Source: an uncultured delta proteobacterium
GTDB lineage: Bacteria > Myxococcota_A > Polyangia > Polyangiales > JAFGIB01
Assembly: GCA_963778655.1 (NCBI GenBank)
Contig: CAVZVA010000010.1
Location: 896,001 to 960,000 of the forward strand
Direction: 5' to 3'
Length of the DNA stretch: 64,000 nt
Shown here: positions 49,384 to 61,300 of the stretch, one piece after another
Numbering within the stretch: position 1 is the stretch's first letter
How the letters are laid out: each line of letters starts with the position of its first letter
Program-made: the position numbers and the translations under genes
The notes under the pieces: generated by a model
Told to the model about the DNA's origin: nothing
The model's input: the letters and a program-made list of their open reading frames with translations, nothing else
The model's database searches: none

Positions 49384-49860
49384 CTACTTGCGCCGCGCCA
49401 TCACTGCGTGCGCGTGGGTGATGGCGATCGCCAGCGCGTCGGTCGCGTCCGCGGCCGGCAGCGTGCGCCAGCCGAGCATGGCGCACACGATGCGGGCGAG
49501 CTGGTCCTTGGGGGCCTGGCCGCGACCTGCCACCGAGCGCTTGACCAGCGCGGGCGGGTAGGCGCCGATCTCGAGCCCTGCGCGCGCGCCTGCCAGCAAC
49601 GCCACGCCGCGCGCCTGACCCAGCACGAGCGCGGAGCGGGCGTGCTTGGAGAACACGTCTTCGACGGCCATGCAGGTCGGGTGGTGCTGCTCGATCAGCG
49701 CGCACAGCCCGTCGTAGATGCACAGCAGCCGCCGCGGCAGCGGCGCGTCGCGCCCGGTCTGGATCACGCCCGCGTCGATGCCGACCAGCCGCGGCCCGGC
49801 GCGGCGCACCAGCCCCCAGCCGGTGCGCAGCGTGCCCGGGTCGACGCCCAGGACGATCAT
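49384..49860 (-). CDS. ruvC: Crossover junction endodeoxyribonuclease RuvC
   Basis: VLGVDPG, AVEDVF, LGQARG, VKRSVAG.G.A.K and DATDALAIAITH motifs. Confidence 0.96.
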   Translation of the reverse strand: MIVLGVDPGTLRTGWGLVRRAGPRLVGIDAGVIQTGRDAPLPRRLLCIYDGLCALIEQHHPTCMAVEDVFSKHARSALVLGQARGVALLAGARAGLEIGAYPPALVKRSVAGRGQAPKDQLARIVCAMLGWRTLPAADATDALAIAITHAHAVMARRK

Positions 49861-50609
49861 GCTTGTTCGAGCGAGGCCACCGCTTCGTCCGACAGGTCGA
49901 AGTCGCTATAGACCTTCTGCACGTCGTCGTGGTCCTCGAGCGCCTCGACCAAGTTGATCAGCACCTCGGCGTCGCGGCCGCTCACCACCTTCTTGTTCTT
50001 GGGCAGCTTGGCGAGCTCGGCCGCGGCCACTTCGATGCCGGCCGAGACCAGCGCCTTCTGCACCGCGTCGAGGTCGGCCTTTTCAGTCGTGATCAGCCAG
50101 CTTTCGTCCAAGTCCTCGATGTCGTCGGCGCCCGCGCCCGCGGCCGCCTCGAAGATGCTGTCCTCGCTGGCGTGCTCCTTGGCCACCGTGATCACACCCT
50201 TCTCGTCGAAGGCCCAGGCTGCCGAGCCGGCGCTGCCGAGCTGGCCGTTGTGCAGGTCGAAGATCTTGCGCAGCTCGGGGTTGGTGCGGTTGCGGTTATC
50301 GGTCACCACGTCGAGCAGAAACAGCGTGCCCGCGGGGCCCACGCCCTCGTAGGTGAGCTCCTCGTAGCTCACGCCTTCGAGCTCGCCGGTGCCCTTCTTG
50401 ATCGCGCGCGTGATGTTGTCACCGGGCATGTTGACCGCGCGCGCCGCGTCGATCGCGTGCCGCAGCCGCGGGTTGCCGCCAGGGTCGCCGCCGCCTATGC
50501 GCGCGGCGATCGTCACTTCTTTGATCAGCTTGGTGAACGTCTTGCCGCGCTTGGCGTCGGCCGCGCCCTTCTTGTGCTTGATGGTGGACCATCGACTGTG
50601 GCCGCTCAT
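49857..50609 (-). CDS. yebC: YebC/PmpR family protein
   Basis: MSGHSRWSTIKHKKG, TDNRNRT and LEDHDDVQKVY motifs. Confidence 0.95.
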   Translation of the reverse strand: MSGHSRWSTIKHKKGAADAKRGKTFTKLIKEVTIAARIGGGDPGGNPRLRHAIDAARAVNMPGDNITRAIKKGTGELEGVSYEELTYEGVGPAGTLFLLDVVTDNRNRTNPELRKIFDLHNGQLGSAGSAAWAFDEKGVITVAKEHASEDSIFEAAAGAGADDIEDLDESWLITTEKADLDAVQKALVSAGIEVAAAELAKLPKNKKVVSGRDAEVLINLVEALEDHDDVQKVYSDFDLSDEAVASLEQA

Positions 50610-50725
50610 ACGTGTGCCCTCTGTGCTCGCGGGCGCCCGGGATCGCGCCCGTTCCCGCCCGGACCCCGTTGTTACCACGCCCCCGCCCAGCATGCAGCGG
50701 GTTCAGCCTCGCCACTTCTGCACCG

Positions 50726-51352
50726 CTAGCGGACGTCCCAGACGTGCCACCTCCCGGCCTCCTTGCGCAGCAGCACCTGGCCGCCGCCGCTCAGGTGCAC
50801 GACCGCGTCGTTGCCGTGGACCTCGACCCGCAGGTCGAGCGGGTCGGCGCTCTGCTGCACGGTCTTCTCGAACGCCGCCACCCAGGCCGCGCGCCGCTCG
50901 CGCGCGAGCACGCGCAGCAGCGAGGGCATGCTCTGGCGCAGCAACGCGCGCCGCAGCTCGGCGACTGCGTCGAGCGGGGTGTCGAGCGCCTGGGCGTCGA
51001 GCACGCCGCCCGCCACGTGCCAGTGCCCCTGCTCCAGCAGCAGCACCACGCGCTCGCCGTCCTCGAGCTCGAGCTCCGCGCGTGCAGGCGTGGTGGTGCC
51101 GGCGCGCTCCAGCTGTGTGCCCAGCTCGACCAGCTCGGCGCGGTTCTCGCGCCACAGCCTTCCGAAGCGCGCGCGGTCGAGCGTGGCGCGCAGCTCCGGG
51201 TCGAGCAGGGCGTAGGCGGCGTCGGGCTTGTCCTCGCGCAAGGCCGCCGCAAAGCGCCGCGCGCTCAGGGCCGGGTCGGGCACGCGCGCGGGCGCGGTGG
51301 ACGCGCACCCGAGCAAGCCAACCGCCACGCAGACCGCAAAGCCCCGGCTCAT
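50726..51352 (-). CDS. Hypothetical lipoprotein
   Basis: Lipobox LLGC and two similar repeats ending in xGxWxV. Confidence 0.7.
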   Translation of the reverse strand: MSRGFAVCVAVGLLGCASTAPARVPDPALSARRFAAALREDKPDAAYALLDPELRATLDRARFGRLWRENRAELVELGTQLERAGTTTPARAELELEDGERVVLLLEQGHWHVAGGVLDAQALDTPLDAVAELRRALLRQSMPSLLRVLARERRAAWVAAFEKTVQQSADPLDLRVEVHGNDAVVHLSGGGQVLLRKEAGRWHVWDVR

Positions 51353-51506
51353 CGCCGGCAGTCTACACCGCGCGGGCTGGCGGCCGTCCCTGATCGCCAA
51401 GCCTGCGATGGAGCCGCCAGGTTGCGGAGGATTCCGGGCGGGGGCGGGCGAATGGACTGTACCCGCAGCGGAGCGGCGGGCAGCGCGCGCGCAGCGAGGA
51501 CTGGCT

Positions 51507-52952
51507 CTATCTGAGCTGGTGCAGGCTGAGCGTGCCGACGTACAGGAAGCCCACCATGAACAGCACCAGGAACGGGATGCTGACCCAAGAGCCGGTCACG
51601 ATCGCGAGCAGGATCGTGCCCACGATATAGAAGCCGAAACCGAGCTCGATGTAGGTGCCGAGATTGGCGGCCGCCGCACGGTACTTCTTGCCCGACCAGC
51701 CGTCCTTGCGGTCGCGCACCCCGTGCTTGGGGGTGCGCACGAAGTCCGAATCGATGCCGAGCAGGCCCTCGAGCACCGCGCGCGCGTTGTTGATCGACAG
51801 CCCGATGCTGACCGCCATCATCACCGGCAGCCGCTTGATCGCGTCGCGCAGCGTGCCGTAGAGCGCCTTGTGCGTGGTCAGGTAGAAGATGATGATCGAC
51901 ACGCAGGTCGAGAAGAACAGCGGCACGTCGAGCAGCAGCAGCTCCGGGTTGTGCATGCGCTCGCGCATCAGCAGGTTCGGCAGCTGCAGCGCCGCCAGGA
52001 TCACCAGGAACAGATAGGCGAAGTTGTTGGTCAGGTGGAACACGCACTCGACCTTGACCTTGAGGGGCAGGTCGGCCTTGAGCACGGTCCACAGCAGCTT
52101 CTTGGTGGTCTGCGCCGAGCCCTTGGCCCAGCGGAACTGCTGGCCCTTGAAGCTGTTCATCTCGCACGGCACCTCGGCCGGGGCGAGCGCGGTCGGCACG
52201 TACACGAAGCGCCAGCCGCGCAGCTGGGCGCGGAAGCTCAGGTCCATGTCCTCGGTCAGGGTGTCGTGTTGCCAGCCGCCGGCGTCGATGATGGTCGAGC
52301 GGCGCCAGATGCCCGCGGTGCCGTTGAAGTTGAAGAAGCGGCCCGAGCGGTTGCGCGCGATGTGCTCGACCACGAAATGGCCGTCGAGCATCATCGACTG
52401 CACGCGCGTCAGCAGCGAGTAGTCGCGGTTGAGGTGGCCCCAGCGCGCCTGCACCATGCCCACCTTGGGGTCGGTGAAGTGGTGGATCAGGTCGGTGACG
52501 ATGCTGGGCGTGGGCACAAAGTCCGCGTCGAACACCAGCACGTAGTCGCCCTTGGCGTCGCGCAGCCCTTCTTCGAGCGCGCCGGCCTTGAAGCCCTCGC
52601 GGTTGTCGCGGTGACGGAAGCTCACGTCGTAGCCGCGCGCGCGCAGCTCGTCGGCCTTGGCGCGCGCGATCTCGGTGGTCTCGTCGGTGGAGTCGTCGAG
52701 CACCTGGATCTCGAGCCTGTCCCTGGGGTAGTCGATGCAGGCCACGCCCTCGAGCAGGCGCTCGGCCACGTACATCTCGTTGTACATGGGGAGCTGCACC
52801 GTTACGATCGGCAGCTCCAGCCAGTGCCGCGGGGGCTTGAGCGTCTCGTTGCGGTGACGCCAGTAGAGGTACAGCAGCAGCCCGCGGTGGAACCCGTACA
52901 GTCCCAGGATCGACAGCACCATCATGTAAAGGCAGATGACCGCTACTTCCAT
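51507..52952 (-). CDS. GT2 processive glycosyltransferase (cellulose synthase-like)
   Basis: QLPMYNE, DDSTD, KAGAL, FDAD, TED and QQFRW motifs with TM helices. Confidence 0.93.
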   Translation of the reverse strand: MEVAVICLYMMVLSILGLYGFHRGLLLYLYWRHRNETLKPPRHWLELPIVTVQLPMYNEMYVAERLLEGVACIDYPRDRLEIQVLDDSTDETTEIARAKADELRARGYDVSFRHRDNREGFKAGALEEGLRDAKGDYVLVFDADFVPTPSIVTDLIHHFTDPKVGMVQARWGHLNRDYSLLTRVQSMMLDGHFVVEHIARNRSGRFFNFNGTAGIWRRSTIIDAGGWQHDTLTEDMDLSFRAQLRGWRFVYVPTALAPAEVPCEMNSFKGQQFRWAKGSAQTTKKLLWTVLKADLPLKVKVECVFHLTNNFAYLFLVILAALQLPNLLMRERMHNPELLLLDVPLFFSTCVSIIIFYLTTHKALYGTLRDAIKRLPVMMAVSIGLSINNARAVLEGLLGIDSDFVRTPKHGVRDRKDGWSGKKYRAAAANLGTYIELGFGFYIVGTILLAIVTGSWVSIPFLVLFMVGFLYVGTLSLHQLR

Positions 52953-53131
52953 GTCGTGCTTCGCTCCCTTATGGACCTCGCCCCTGAGGACGCGCGGAAG
53001 CTTAAGCGCGGTCGCGTCGCGCAATTGTCACCCAAATGTAATTTCTTGTACTGAAACGTAGTTAGATCAGCGGAATTGCAGGGGGTTTCGGCCACGTCCC
53101 CGCGGCCGCAGCGCCTGCCTTCCAGCCGAAT

Positions 53132-54571
53132 TCAGCCGTGGTTGCGGGCCTGTTGGGCCCCGGCCCGCAGCCCGGTGAGGGTGCGCTCGCGGCCGAGCAC
53201 CTCCATCACCTCGAACAGGCCCGGGCTGGCTTTGCGGCCGGTCAGCGCCACCCGCGCGGGCTGCGCCACGTCCTGCAGCTGCCAACCCTGGGTCTCGAGC
53301 CAGGCCTTGACCCGCGCCTCGAGCGCCTGGCGTTCGAAGGGGTCGGGCGCGGCCGCGAGCTCGCTGGCCAGCGCCTCGAGCTTGTCCGCGCTCGCGGCAG
53401 TGAGCAGCTTCTGGGCTGCGGCCTGGTCGAGCTCGGGCGGGTCGCGGAAGAAGTAGTCGACCGCCGCCGCGACCTCGACCAGCGTGGTCGAGCGCGCCAT
53501 CACCAGCTCGGCGGCCGCGGCCAGGCGCGGATCGGCCTGCTCCACCTGCAGCCCGCGCGCGCGGATCAACGGCAGCGCCAGCGCGCCGACCTCGGCCGGC
53601 GCGAGCTTGCGCAGGTGCGAGGCCTGCACGTAGTTGAGCTTCTTCTGATCCCAGCGCGCGCCGGTACGCCCCACGTGCGCGAAGTCGAACTTCTCGATCA
53701 GCTCCTGCCGCGTGAAGATCTCCTGATCGCCGTGTGACCAGCCCAGGCGCACCAGGTAGTTGAGCAACGCTTCGGGCAGGTAGCCTTGCTCGCGGTAGTC
53801 GAGCACGGCCACCGCGGCGTCGCGCTTGCTCAGCTTCTGTCCGCCCGGGCCGAGGATCATCGGCATGTGCGCGAATTGCGGCAGCGGCTCGCCCAGCGCC
53901 TGATACATCAGGACCTGCTGCGGCGTGTTGACCACGTGATCGTCGCCGCGCGCCACCAGCGTGATGCCCATGGTGATGTCGTCGACCACCGCGCCCAGGT
54001 TGTAGAGCGGGACGCCGTTGTTGCGCACGAGCACGGCGTCCTGCTGGCTCTCGCAGGGGAGCTCGAGCCGGCCTTTGATCAGGTCGTCCCAGCCGACCGT
54101 GCCGTGGTCGGGCACGCGCAGCCGCACCACGAAGGGCTTGTCCGGCTGGTCTTTGCGGGCGCGGCAGGTGCCCGGATAGCGGAAGCCCTGTTCGCTGCCG
54201 GTGCGCGCTTTGTGCGCCTCGCGCGCCTGCTGCAGCTCTTCGCTGGTGCAATAGCAGCGATAGGCCGCGCCCTTGGCGATCAGGCGCTCGGCGAAATCGC
54301 GGTACAGCGGCAGCCGCTGCATCTGGAAGTAGGGCCCGTGCGGGCCGCCCACCAGCGGGCCCTCGTCCCAGTCCAGGCCCAGCCAGCGCATCGACTCGAA
54401 CACCACCTGCACCGATTGCTCGGTGCTGCGCTCGCGGTCGGTGTCCTCGATGCGCAGCACGAAGGTGCCGCCCTGCTGCCGCGCCCACAGCCAGTTGTAG
54501 AGCGCGGTGCGCACGGTGCCGAGGTGCACCGCGCCGGTCGGCGAAGGCGCGAAGCGGACGCGAACGGTCAT
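53132..54571 (-). CDS. gltX: Glutamate--tRNA ligase
   Basis: RFAPSPTG..HLG, LRIEDTD, KLSKR and an anticodon-binding domain. Confidence 0.96.
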   Translation of the reverse strand: MTVRVRFAPSPTGAVHLGTVRTALYNWLWARQQGGTFVLRIEDTDRERSTEQSVQVVFESMRWLGLDWDEGPLVGGPHGPYFQMQRLPLYRDFAERLIAKGAAYRCYCTSEELQQAREAHKARTGSEQGFRYPGTCRARKDQPDKPFVVRLRVPDHGTVGWDDLIKGRLELPCESQQDAVLVRNNGVPLYNLGAVVDDITMGITLVARGDDHVVNTPQQVLMYQALGEPLPQFAHMPMILGPGGQKLSKRDAAVAVLDYREQGYLPEALLNYLVRLGWSHGDQEIFTRQELIEKFDFAHVGRTGARWDQKKLNYVQASHLRKLAPAEVGALALPLIRARGLQVEQADPRLAAAAELVMARSTTLVEVAAAVDYFFRDPPELDQAAAQKLLTAASADKLEALASELAAAPDPFERQALEARVKAWLETQGWQLQDVAQPARVALTGRKASPGLFEVMEVLGRERTLTGLRAGAQQARNHG

Positions 54572-54667
54572 AGGCGCAAGGTGTACCGCCGGGCGCGGCC
54601 CTGTCCAGGGGCCGGGCCTGGGCCGGCGGCCGTGCGCCGGAGCCGTTCGGCCGCTAGGCTTGGGGGC

Positions 54668-55540
54668 ATGGAGTCGACGCAGCTCGCCATAGCCTCCTGC
54701 CACCTGCCCGAGGGCGTCGCGATTCAGCCCCGGCGCTTCGAGTGGAGGGAGCTGGCCTCGGTGCCCCAGTACTGGTTCGCGGGTAGCCCGCTGATCACGC
54801 ACATGGAGAACGCGTTCTCGATCCTGATCCCGCCCGGGGAGCGTTTCTTCATCCAGTCGGTCCGCAACTACGAGCACGCGGTGACCGACCCCGAGCAGAA
54901 GGCACTGGTGCGCGCGTTCGTGCAGCAGGAGGGCCAGCACATCCGCGCCCACAACGAGCTCAACCGCTCGCTGGGGCGCTTCGGCGTCGACGTCGAGCGC
55001 GAGGTCGCGCACGCGGAGCGGGCCATCGGCAGGCTGCAACGGCTGCCCAAGAAGATGCAGCTCGGGGCGACCGCGTTTCTCGAGCACCTGACCGCGATCT
55101 CGGCACGCCTGTTGTTCACCGAGCCGATGATCGCGGCCGCGATGCCACACGAGATGGTTCGCTTCTGGAGCTGGCACGCCGCCGAGGAGATCGAGCACAA
55201 GGCCGTCGCCTACGACGTGTTCAAGACCGTCGGCGGCGGCTATTTTCTGCGCGTCTTGTCCGCGCTGGCCGCCATGCTGCTGCTGGCCGGACCGTTCCGC
55301 AACAGCACGCGGCGCATGCTGCGCGACGACGGCAAGCGGGTCAGCAAGGCGCAGCGCCAGCGCACCCGCAGCATCCAGCGCAAGCTCGCCATCAAGCAGC
55401 TGAGCATGCTGCTCGCGTACTTCAAGCCCGGCTTCCACCCCTGGAAGCACGACGACCGACCCGAGCTCGCCAGGTGGTATTCGACGCCGGAGTTGAGCGC
55501 GGGCCCGAGCGAGGCGCCGGCCGTGCAGGCGCCGCCGTAG
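54668..55540 (+). CDS. Predicted metal-dependent hydrolase (ferritin-like)
   Basis: [38 protein letters not shown] and YFKPGFHPW motifs. Confidence 0.9.
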   Translation: MESTQLAIASCHLPEGVAIQPRRFEWRELASVPQYWFAGSPLITHMENAFSILIPPGERFFIQSVRNYEHAVTDPEQKALVRAFVQQEGQHIRAHNELNRSLGRFGVDVEREVAHAERAIGRLQRLPKKMQLGATAFLEHLTAISARLLFTEPMIAAAMPHEMVRFWSWHAAEEIEHKAVAYDVFKTVGGGYFLRVLSALAAMLLLAGPFRNSTRRMLRDDGKRVSKAQRQRTRSIQRKLAIKQLSMLLAYFKPGFHPWKHDDRPELARWYSTPELSAGPSEAPAVQAPP

Positions 55541-58082
55541 GGCGCCACGCCCTCAAATTGACGGGGTCGGCGAGCTCGAGCTCCAGCTTGGGCCCTCGCG
55601 GGTCGTCCATGGCGAAGAACCCTACGGACTCGGTGAGGTCCGGCGTGTCCTGCTCGCGGATCGAGCGCAGGTTGAAGCCCGCGATCGTGGCGCCTTGCGA
55701 CAACAGGCTCTTTATGCCCGTGGTCACGTCGACCACGGTCGGCAGCGCGCCGCTGACGGTCGCGGTTGCCGCGATCAGAGTGCAAGCCTGCGGATCGGTG
55801 TCGAAGTCGGACAAGCCGTCGCCCGCATAGGCGCAGAGGTAGAGGTTCATGTCGCCCCCCGTGCTCGGCGTCAGGTGCAGCCGCGCCGTCACCAGGTCGG
55901 CTGGGTCGCTGACCTGCGACACGTCGAACTCCATGATGAAGCGCTCGCGCCTGTAGTAGCTGAAGCGCTGGATCTTCTGCACGCTCGCCGCCAGCGGCGA
56001 GCCAATGCGTCGTGACCACTGGTTGACGTAGTAGTCGGCGTAGCTCGCATCCACCAGCTCGGGCGCGTCATGGCTCGAGGTCGGCGCCGTGCAGGTGCCG
56101 TCGGCTTGGCAGACCCCGCCGATACCGCAGGCCTGGCCCGTCAGGGGCGCATGCCCACAGCCGGCGAGCGCGTCGCAGCTGTCCGCCGTGCAGGCGTTGC
56201 CGTCGTCGCAGTCGCTGTCCTGCAGGCAGGCCACGCAGGTGCCTTCGACGCACGTGCCCGTCGCTCCATTGCAGGTCGTGGACAGGTCGCCTGCGGCGGC
56301 CGAGCCCAGCGCGCGGATGTCGTCGAGCGCGATCGTGACCTGGTCGGTGTAGCCAGCGGTGCGGGTCACTTCGACGTCGACGAGATGGGCTCCGGCGGCG
56401 ACGCTGCGCGACCCCGAGAGCGCGGCGAACTCGGTCGACGCGGCTGGGACCTCCCCGAAGTCGTGGCTGGCGACTTCCACGCCGTCGATCAGCAGGCGCA
56501 CCAGGCCGCCGCTCTGGTTCGCGTTGGTCCCGGTGCTCGACGAGGCGAACAGGCTGATGGTCAACGTGCCGGCGGCAGTGGTGATCGACTGTGTGATGCC
56601 ACCGCCGTAGTTGCTCGGTCCCCACGAGCCATCTTGGCCGACGTGGAGCTCGGCGGCCGGTGAGGCTGGGAGCTGGGCCCCGACCTGCGCCGTCGCCGCC
56701 GTCACCGTGGCGAGCGACTCGGGCAAGACGTACGGCTGGAAGGGCGTGAGGGAACCGCTGGCGAAATCCCCGTTCACGAGGTCGACGGGCGCAGCGCCGA
56801 TGGGTGCGTGCCCGCAGCCCGTGATCGGGTCGCAGCTGTCCGCGGTGCATTCCTGCGCGTCGTCGCAGCTCAGCGGCGTGCCGGCCACGCACATGCCGCC
56901 GGCGCAGGTCTCATTTCCGCTGCAGGCGTTGGCGTCCGAGCAGTCCTGGTCGGAGGCGCACTGCTCGCAGGCGTCCGGGATTCCGTTGCCGTCGTCGTCG
57001 ATCGAATCGTCGCCGCCGGGACACCGATCGATGCAATCGGGGGTGCCATCGCCGTCGGAGTCGGCGTCGCTGACGCCGCAGCCGCAGGCACCGGGGGCGA
57101 GCTTGCTCGGGTCGTTGGGGCAGCCGTCGAGGCAGTCGGGGGTGGCATCGCCGTCTGTGTCGGCGTCGCTGACGCCGCAGCCGCAGGCACCGGGGGTGAG
57201 CTTGCTCGGGTCGTTGGGGCAGCCGTCGAGGCAGTCGGGGGTGGCGTCGCCGTCTGTGTCGGCGTCGCTGACGCCACAGCCGCAGGCACCGGGCGCCCCC
57301 TTGGCGGCATCGTTCGGACAGCCGTCGACTCTATCGCACAGGCCGTCGCCGTCCTGGTCGGACACGCAACCGATGCACAGGCCGAAATCCGCGATGCAGC
57401 GCTCGCCGGCTCCGCACTGCGCGTCCTGCGTGCATCCGCTCAACGAAAGCTCGGCGAGCTCGCAGCTCGTCCCCGTGCACGCGTCGTTGCCGGGGCCGCC
57501 GTCGGCCGTGTTCGTGCCTGCGCCGCCGATCAGCGCATCGTCGCCGGCCTCGCCGTACAGCGTGTCGCCGCCTCCATCGCCGTAGATCACGTCATCGCCG
57601 TTTCCGCCCCAGATCGTGTCGGCATTGGCGCCGCCGTCGATCACGTCGTTGCCATCGTCGCCGTGGAGCTCATCGGAGCCGCCGTTGCCGTGGAGCGTGT
57701 CGTTGCCGTCGCCGCCGTAAATCGTGTCGGCTCCGCCTTCACCGAACAGCTGATCGTCACCCAGCTCGCCATAGATGACGTCATCGCCGTTGCCGCCCGC
57801 GATGTAGTCGTTGCCGCCGCCGCCCCAGATCGTGTCGTCGCCACCCTTGCCGAGGATGCAGTCGTTGCCCGGCGTACCGTGCAGCTCGTCGGCTTTGCCG
57901 GTCCCCACGATGACGTTGTAGCCGGCTGGACAGTCGCTCAGGCTGAGGGCCTGGCTCTGTGCTGCGACGGCGCGGTCATCCCCCTCGGACCCGGGACCGG
58001 TCCCGCACGCTGGCGCGAGCGCGAGCAGCGCCACCGAAATCGCCGGCCACCACCCCAGACCACGGCCTTGCCTTCGCGTCAT
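55422..58082 (-). CDS. Large surface lipoprotein with RTX Ca-binding repeats, TSP3-like repeats and Cys-rich modules
   Basis: Hydrophobic signal ending APAC, GGxGxDx(I/L) nonapeptides, and 33-aa repeats [20 protein letters not shown]. Confidence 0.85.
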   Translation of the reverse strand: MTRRQGRGLGWWPAISVALLALAPACGTGPGSEGDDRAVAAQSQALSLSDCPAGYNVIVGTGKADELHGTPGNDCILGKGGDDTIWGGGGNDYIAGGNGDDVIYGELGDDQLFGEGGADTIYGGDGNDTLHGNGGSDELHGDDGNDVIDGGANADTIWGGNGDDVIYGDGGGDTLYGEAGDDALIGGAGTNTADGGPGNDACTGTSCELAELSLSGCTQDAQCGAGERCIADFGLCIGCVSDQDGDGLCDRVDGCPNDAAKGAPGACGCGVSDADTDGDATPDCLDGCPNDPSKLTPGACGCGVSDADTDGDATPDCLDGCPNDPSKLAPGACGCGVSDADSDGDGTPDCIDRCPGGDDSIDDDGNGIPDACEQCASDQDCSDANACSGNETCAGGMCVAGTPLSCDDAQECTADSCDPITGCGHAPIGAAPVDLVNGDFASGSLTPFQPYVLPESLATVTAATAQVGAQLPASPAAELHVGQDGSWGPSNYGGGITQSITTAAGTLTISLFASSSTGTNANQSGGLVRLLIDGVEVASHDFGEVPAASTEFAALSGSRSVAAGAHLVDVEVTRTAGYTDQVTIALDDIRALGSAAAGDLSTTCNGATGTCVEGTCVACLQDSDCDDGNACTADSCDALAGCGHAPLTGQACGIGGVCQADGTCTAPTSSHDAPELVDASYADYYVNQWSRRIGSPLAASVQKIQRFSYYRRERFIMEFDVSQVSDPADLVTARLHLTPSTGGDMNLYLCAYAGDGLSDFDTDPQACTLIAATATVSGALPTVVDVTTGIKSLLSQGATIAGFNLRSIREQDTPDLTESVGFFAMDDPRGPKLELELADPVNLRAWRPTAAPARPAPRSGPRSTPASNTTWRARVGRRASRGGSRA

Positions 58083-58350
58083 CGCTCCCCCCGCCGCGCA
58101 GCGCTCCCCCGGAACACCCGCCGTCATCGCGAGTGCGCGAGCATAGGGGATGGGCCAGCGACGCCGCGATGTATTCTTTCTACACCCGTGTGGGCCCGGC
58201 CGATCGCATCCGTCCGATCCTCAGGACACAGGCCGTCCCCCGCAACTGCCGACCCTGCCGGCCGCGGCGCGGCGCGGGGCGTTTGACATCGTGCTGCGAT
58301 CCTTACCAAATCCCCCTGGCCCGGCCAGGCGCCGGGCGGGCACGGTTGTC

Positions 58351-61300
58351 ATGGCATTGCACAAGTTGCTGATCGCAAATCGCGGCGAGGTCGCGATCCG
58401 GATCGCGCGCGCCGCGGCCGAGGCCGGGCTGGCGACGGTCGCGGTGTATTCCGAGGACGACGCGCGCTGTCTGCACGCGATGCGCGCGGACGAGGCGCGG
58501 GCGCTGCGCGGGCGCGGGGCGGCCGCGTACCTCGATAGCGAGCAGCTGCTGGCCGTGGCGCGCGAGAGCGGCTGCGATGCCGTGCACCCGGGCTATGGCT
58601 TTCTGAGCGAGAGCGCGGCCTTTTCGCGCGCCTGCGCGCAGGCCGGCCTCACCTTCGTGGGGCCGAGCGCCGAGCTGCTCGCGCTGCTCGGCGACAAGAC
58701 CCAGGCCCGGGCGCTGGCGCAGCGCTGCGGCGTGCCGGTGCTGCCCGGTACCGCGGGCCCGACCTCGCTTGCGCAGGCGCGCGCGTTCTTCGCGCAGCTC
58801 GCCGGCGCGCCGATGGTGATCAAGGCGGTGGCGGGCGGCGGCGGCCGCGGCATGCGCGTGGTCCAGGAAGGCGGGGAGATCGAGGCCGCGTTCGCGCGCT
58901 GCGAGTCGGAGGCCAAGGCCGCGTTCGGAGACGGAGCGCTCTACGTCGAGCGCCTGCTGCCGCGCGCGCGCCACATCGAGGTGCAGATCTGCGGCGACCT
59001 GCACGGCCAGGTCGCGCACCTGTGGGAGCGTGAGTGCAGCGTGCAGCGCCGCCACCAGAAGCTGATCGAGATCGCGCCCAGCCCGTGGCTGCCGCCCGGG
59101 CTGCGCGAGCGCATGCTGCAGGCGGCGCTGCGCATGGCGTCCGAGGTGCGCTACCACAGCCTGGGCACCTTCGAGCTGCTGGTCGACGCCGAGGCGCGCG
59201 GCGAGCAGGCGAGCTTCGTGTTCATCGAGTGCAACCCGCGGCTGCAGGTCGAGCACACCGTGACCGAGCAGGTGACGGGTGTGGACCTGGTGCGTGTGCA
59301 GCTCGCGCTGGCGGCCGGGCGCAGCCTGCAGGAGCTGGGCCTCGGCGCGCCGCCGCCGCTGCGCGGCTTTGCGCTGCAGGCGCGCGTCAACATGGAGAGC
59401 ATGCGCGAAGACGGCAGCGCGCGGCCCGCGGGCGGCACGCTGCAGGCGTTCGAGCTGCCGTCGGGGCCGGGCGTGCGCTGCGACAGCTTCGGCTACGCGG
59501 GCTATGCGACCAGCCCGAGCTTCGACTCGCTGCTGGCCAAGGTGATCGCGTACGGCTCGGACTTCGCCGCGGTGGTGCGGCGCGCCGAGCGCGCGCTGCG
59601 CGAGCTGCGCACCCCGGGCGTGGCGACCAACGCGGCGTTTCTGCGTGCGCTGCTCTTGCGGCCGGAGCTGCGCGCGGGCGGCGTGTACACCCGCTTCATC
59701 GACGAGCACGCCCGGGAGCTGGTCGCGGCCGCGGCGGCGCTCGGAGCGCCGAGCGCGCCGGGTGGGGCGGGCGATGCCGCTGCTGCGCCGGGACTGGCCG
59801 GCGCCAAGGTCGACAGCCGCGATCCGCTGGCGGTGCTGCAGCACGGCAAGAGCGGGCCCGCGCCAGCGGTCGCGCCGCAGGCCGCGGCGCCCGAGGGCAG
59901 CGACGCGGTGTGCGCGCCGATGCAAGGCACGATCGTGAGCGTGGAGGTGGCGGAGGGCCAGACCGTGCGCAAGGGTCAAGCGCTGCTGGTGATGGAAGCG
60001 ATGAAGATGGAGCACGTGATCGCGGCTGCGCAGAGCGGGATCGTGAAGGCGCTCGCGGTGGCCAAGGGCGACGCGGTGTACGAGGGCCACGCGCTCCTGT
60101 TCGTGGAGCCGGCCGCGGTCGAGGGCGAGCTGCGGCAGGCGCACGCGCAGCTCGACCTCGACGCGATCCGGCCCGACCTCGCGGAGGTGCTGGCGCGCCA
60201 CGCTTACGGCAGCGACGACAAGCGCCCCGACGCGGTGCAGAAGCGCCACGACAAGGGCCAGCGCACCGCGCGCGAGAACGTCGCCGACCTGTGCGACCCG
60301 GGCAGCTTCGTCGAGTACGGCGCGCTGGTGATCGCGGCGCAGCGCAGGCGCCGCCCGCTGCAGGAGCTGATCGAACGCACGCCGGCCGACGGGCTGGTGG
60401 GCGGCATCGGGCGCATCAACGGCGCGCTGTTCGGTGAGCAGGGCACGCAGTGCGCGGTGATGAGCTACGACTACACCGTGCTCGCCGGCACCCAGGGGCA
60501 CATGAACCATCGCAAGAAGGACCGGCTGTTCGAGCTGGCCGAGCGTATGCGTCTGCCCACGGTGCTGTTCACCGAGGGCGGCGGCGGCCGGCCCGGCGAC
60601 AGCGACGGCACCGGCGTGGCCGGACTGGACTGCCTGGCGTTCGCGTACTTCGCACAGCTCTCGGGGCTGGTGCCACTGGTCGGCATCGCGTCGGGGCGTT
60701 GCTTTGCGGGTAACGCGCTGCTGCTCGGCTGCTGCGACGTGGTGATCGCCACCGAGGGCTGCAACATCGGCATGGGCGGCCCGGCCATGATCGAGGGCGG
60801 AGGCCTGGGCGTGTTTCGGCCCGAGGAGGTCGGGCCGCTGCCGGTGCAGGTGGGCAATGGCGTGGTCGACATCGCGGTGCGTGACGAGGCCGAGGCCGTG
60901 GGCGTGGCCAAGCAGTACCTGTCGTACTTTCAGGGCACGCTCTCGGAGTGGCGCTGCCCCGATCAGCGCAAGCTGCGCGCATTGATCCCGGAAAACCGGC
61001 TGCGCGTGTACGACGTGCGCAGCGTGATCGAGACGCTTGCCGACGAGGGCTCGGTGCTGGAGCTGCGCCCGCAGTTCGGCCTGGGCATGGTCACGTCGCT
61101 CGTGCGCGTGGAGGGCCGGCCGCTCGGCGTGGTCGCCAACAACCCGGTGCATCTGGCCGGCGCGATCGACCGCGAGGGCGCGGACAAGGCCGCGCGCTTC
61201 ATGCAGCTGTGCGACGCGTTCGACTTGCCGATCCTGTTTCTGTGCGACACGCCCGGCATCATGGTCGGCCCCGAATCGGAGAAGACGGCGCTGGTGCGCC

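Noticed and set aside
53132..55450. 772-aa extended GltX
   Set aside because: The extension is the antisense of the hydrolase gene. The true start is 54571.
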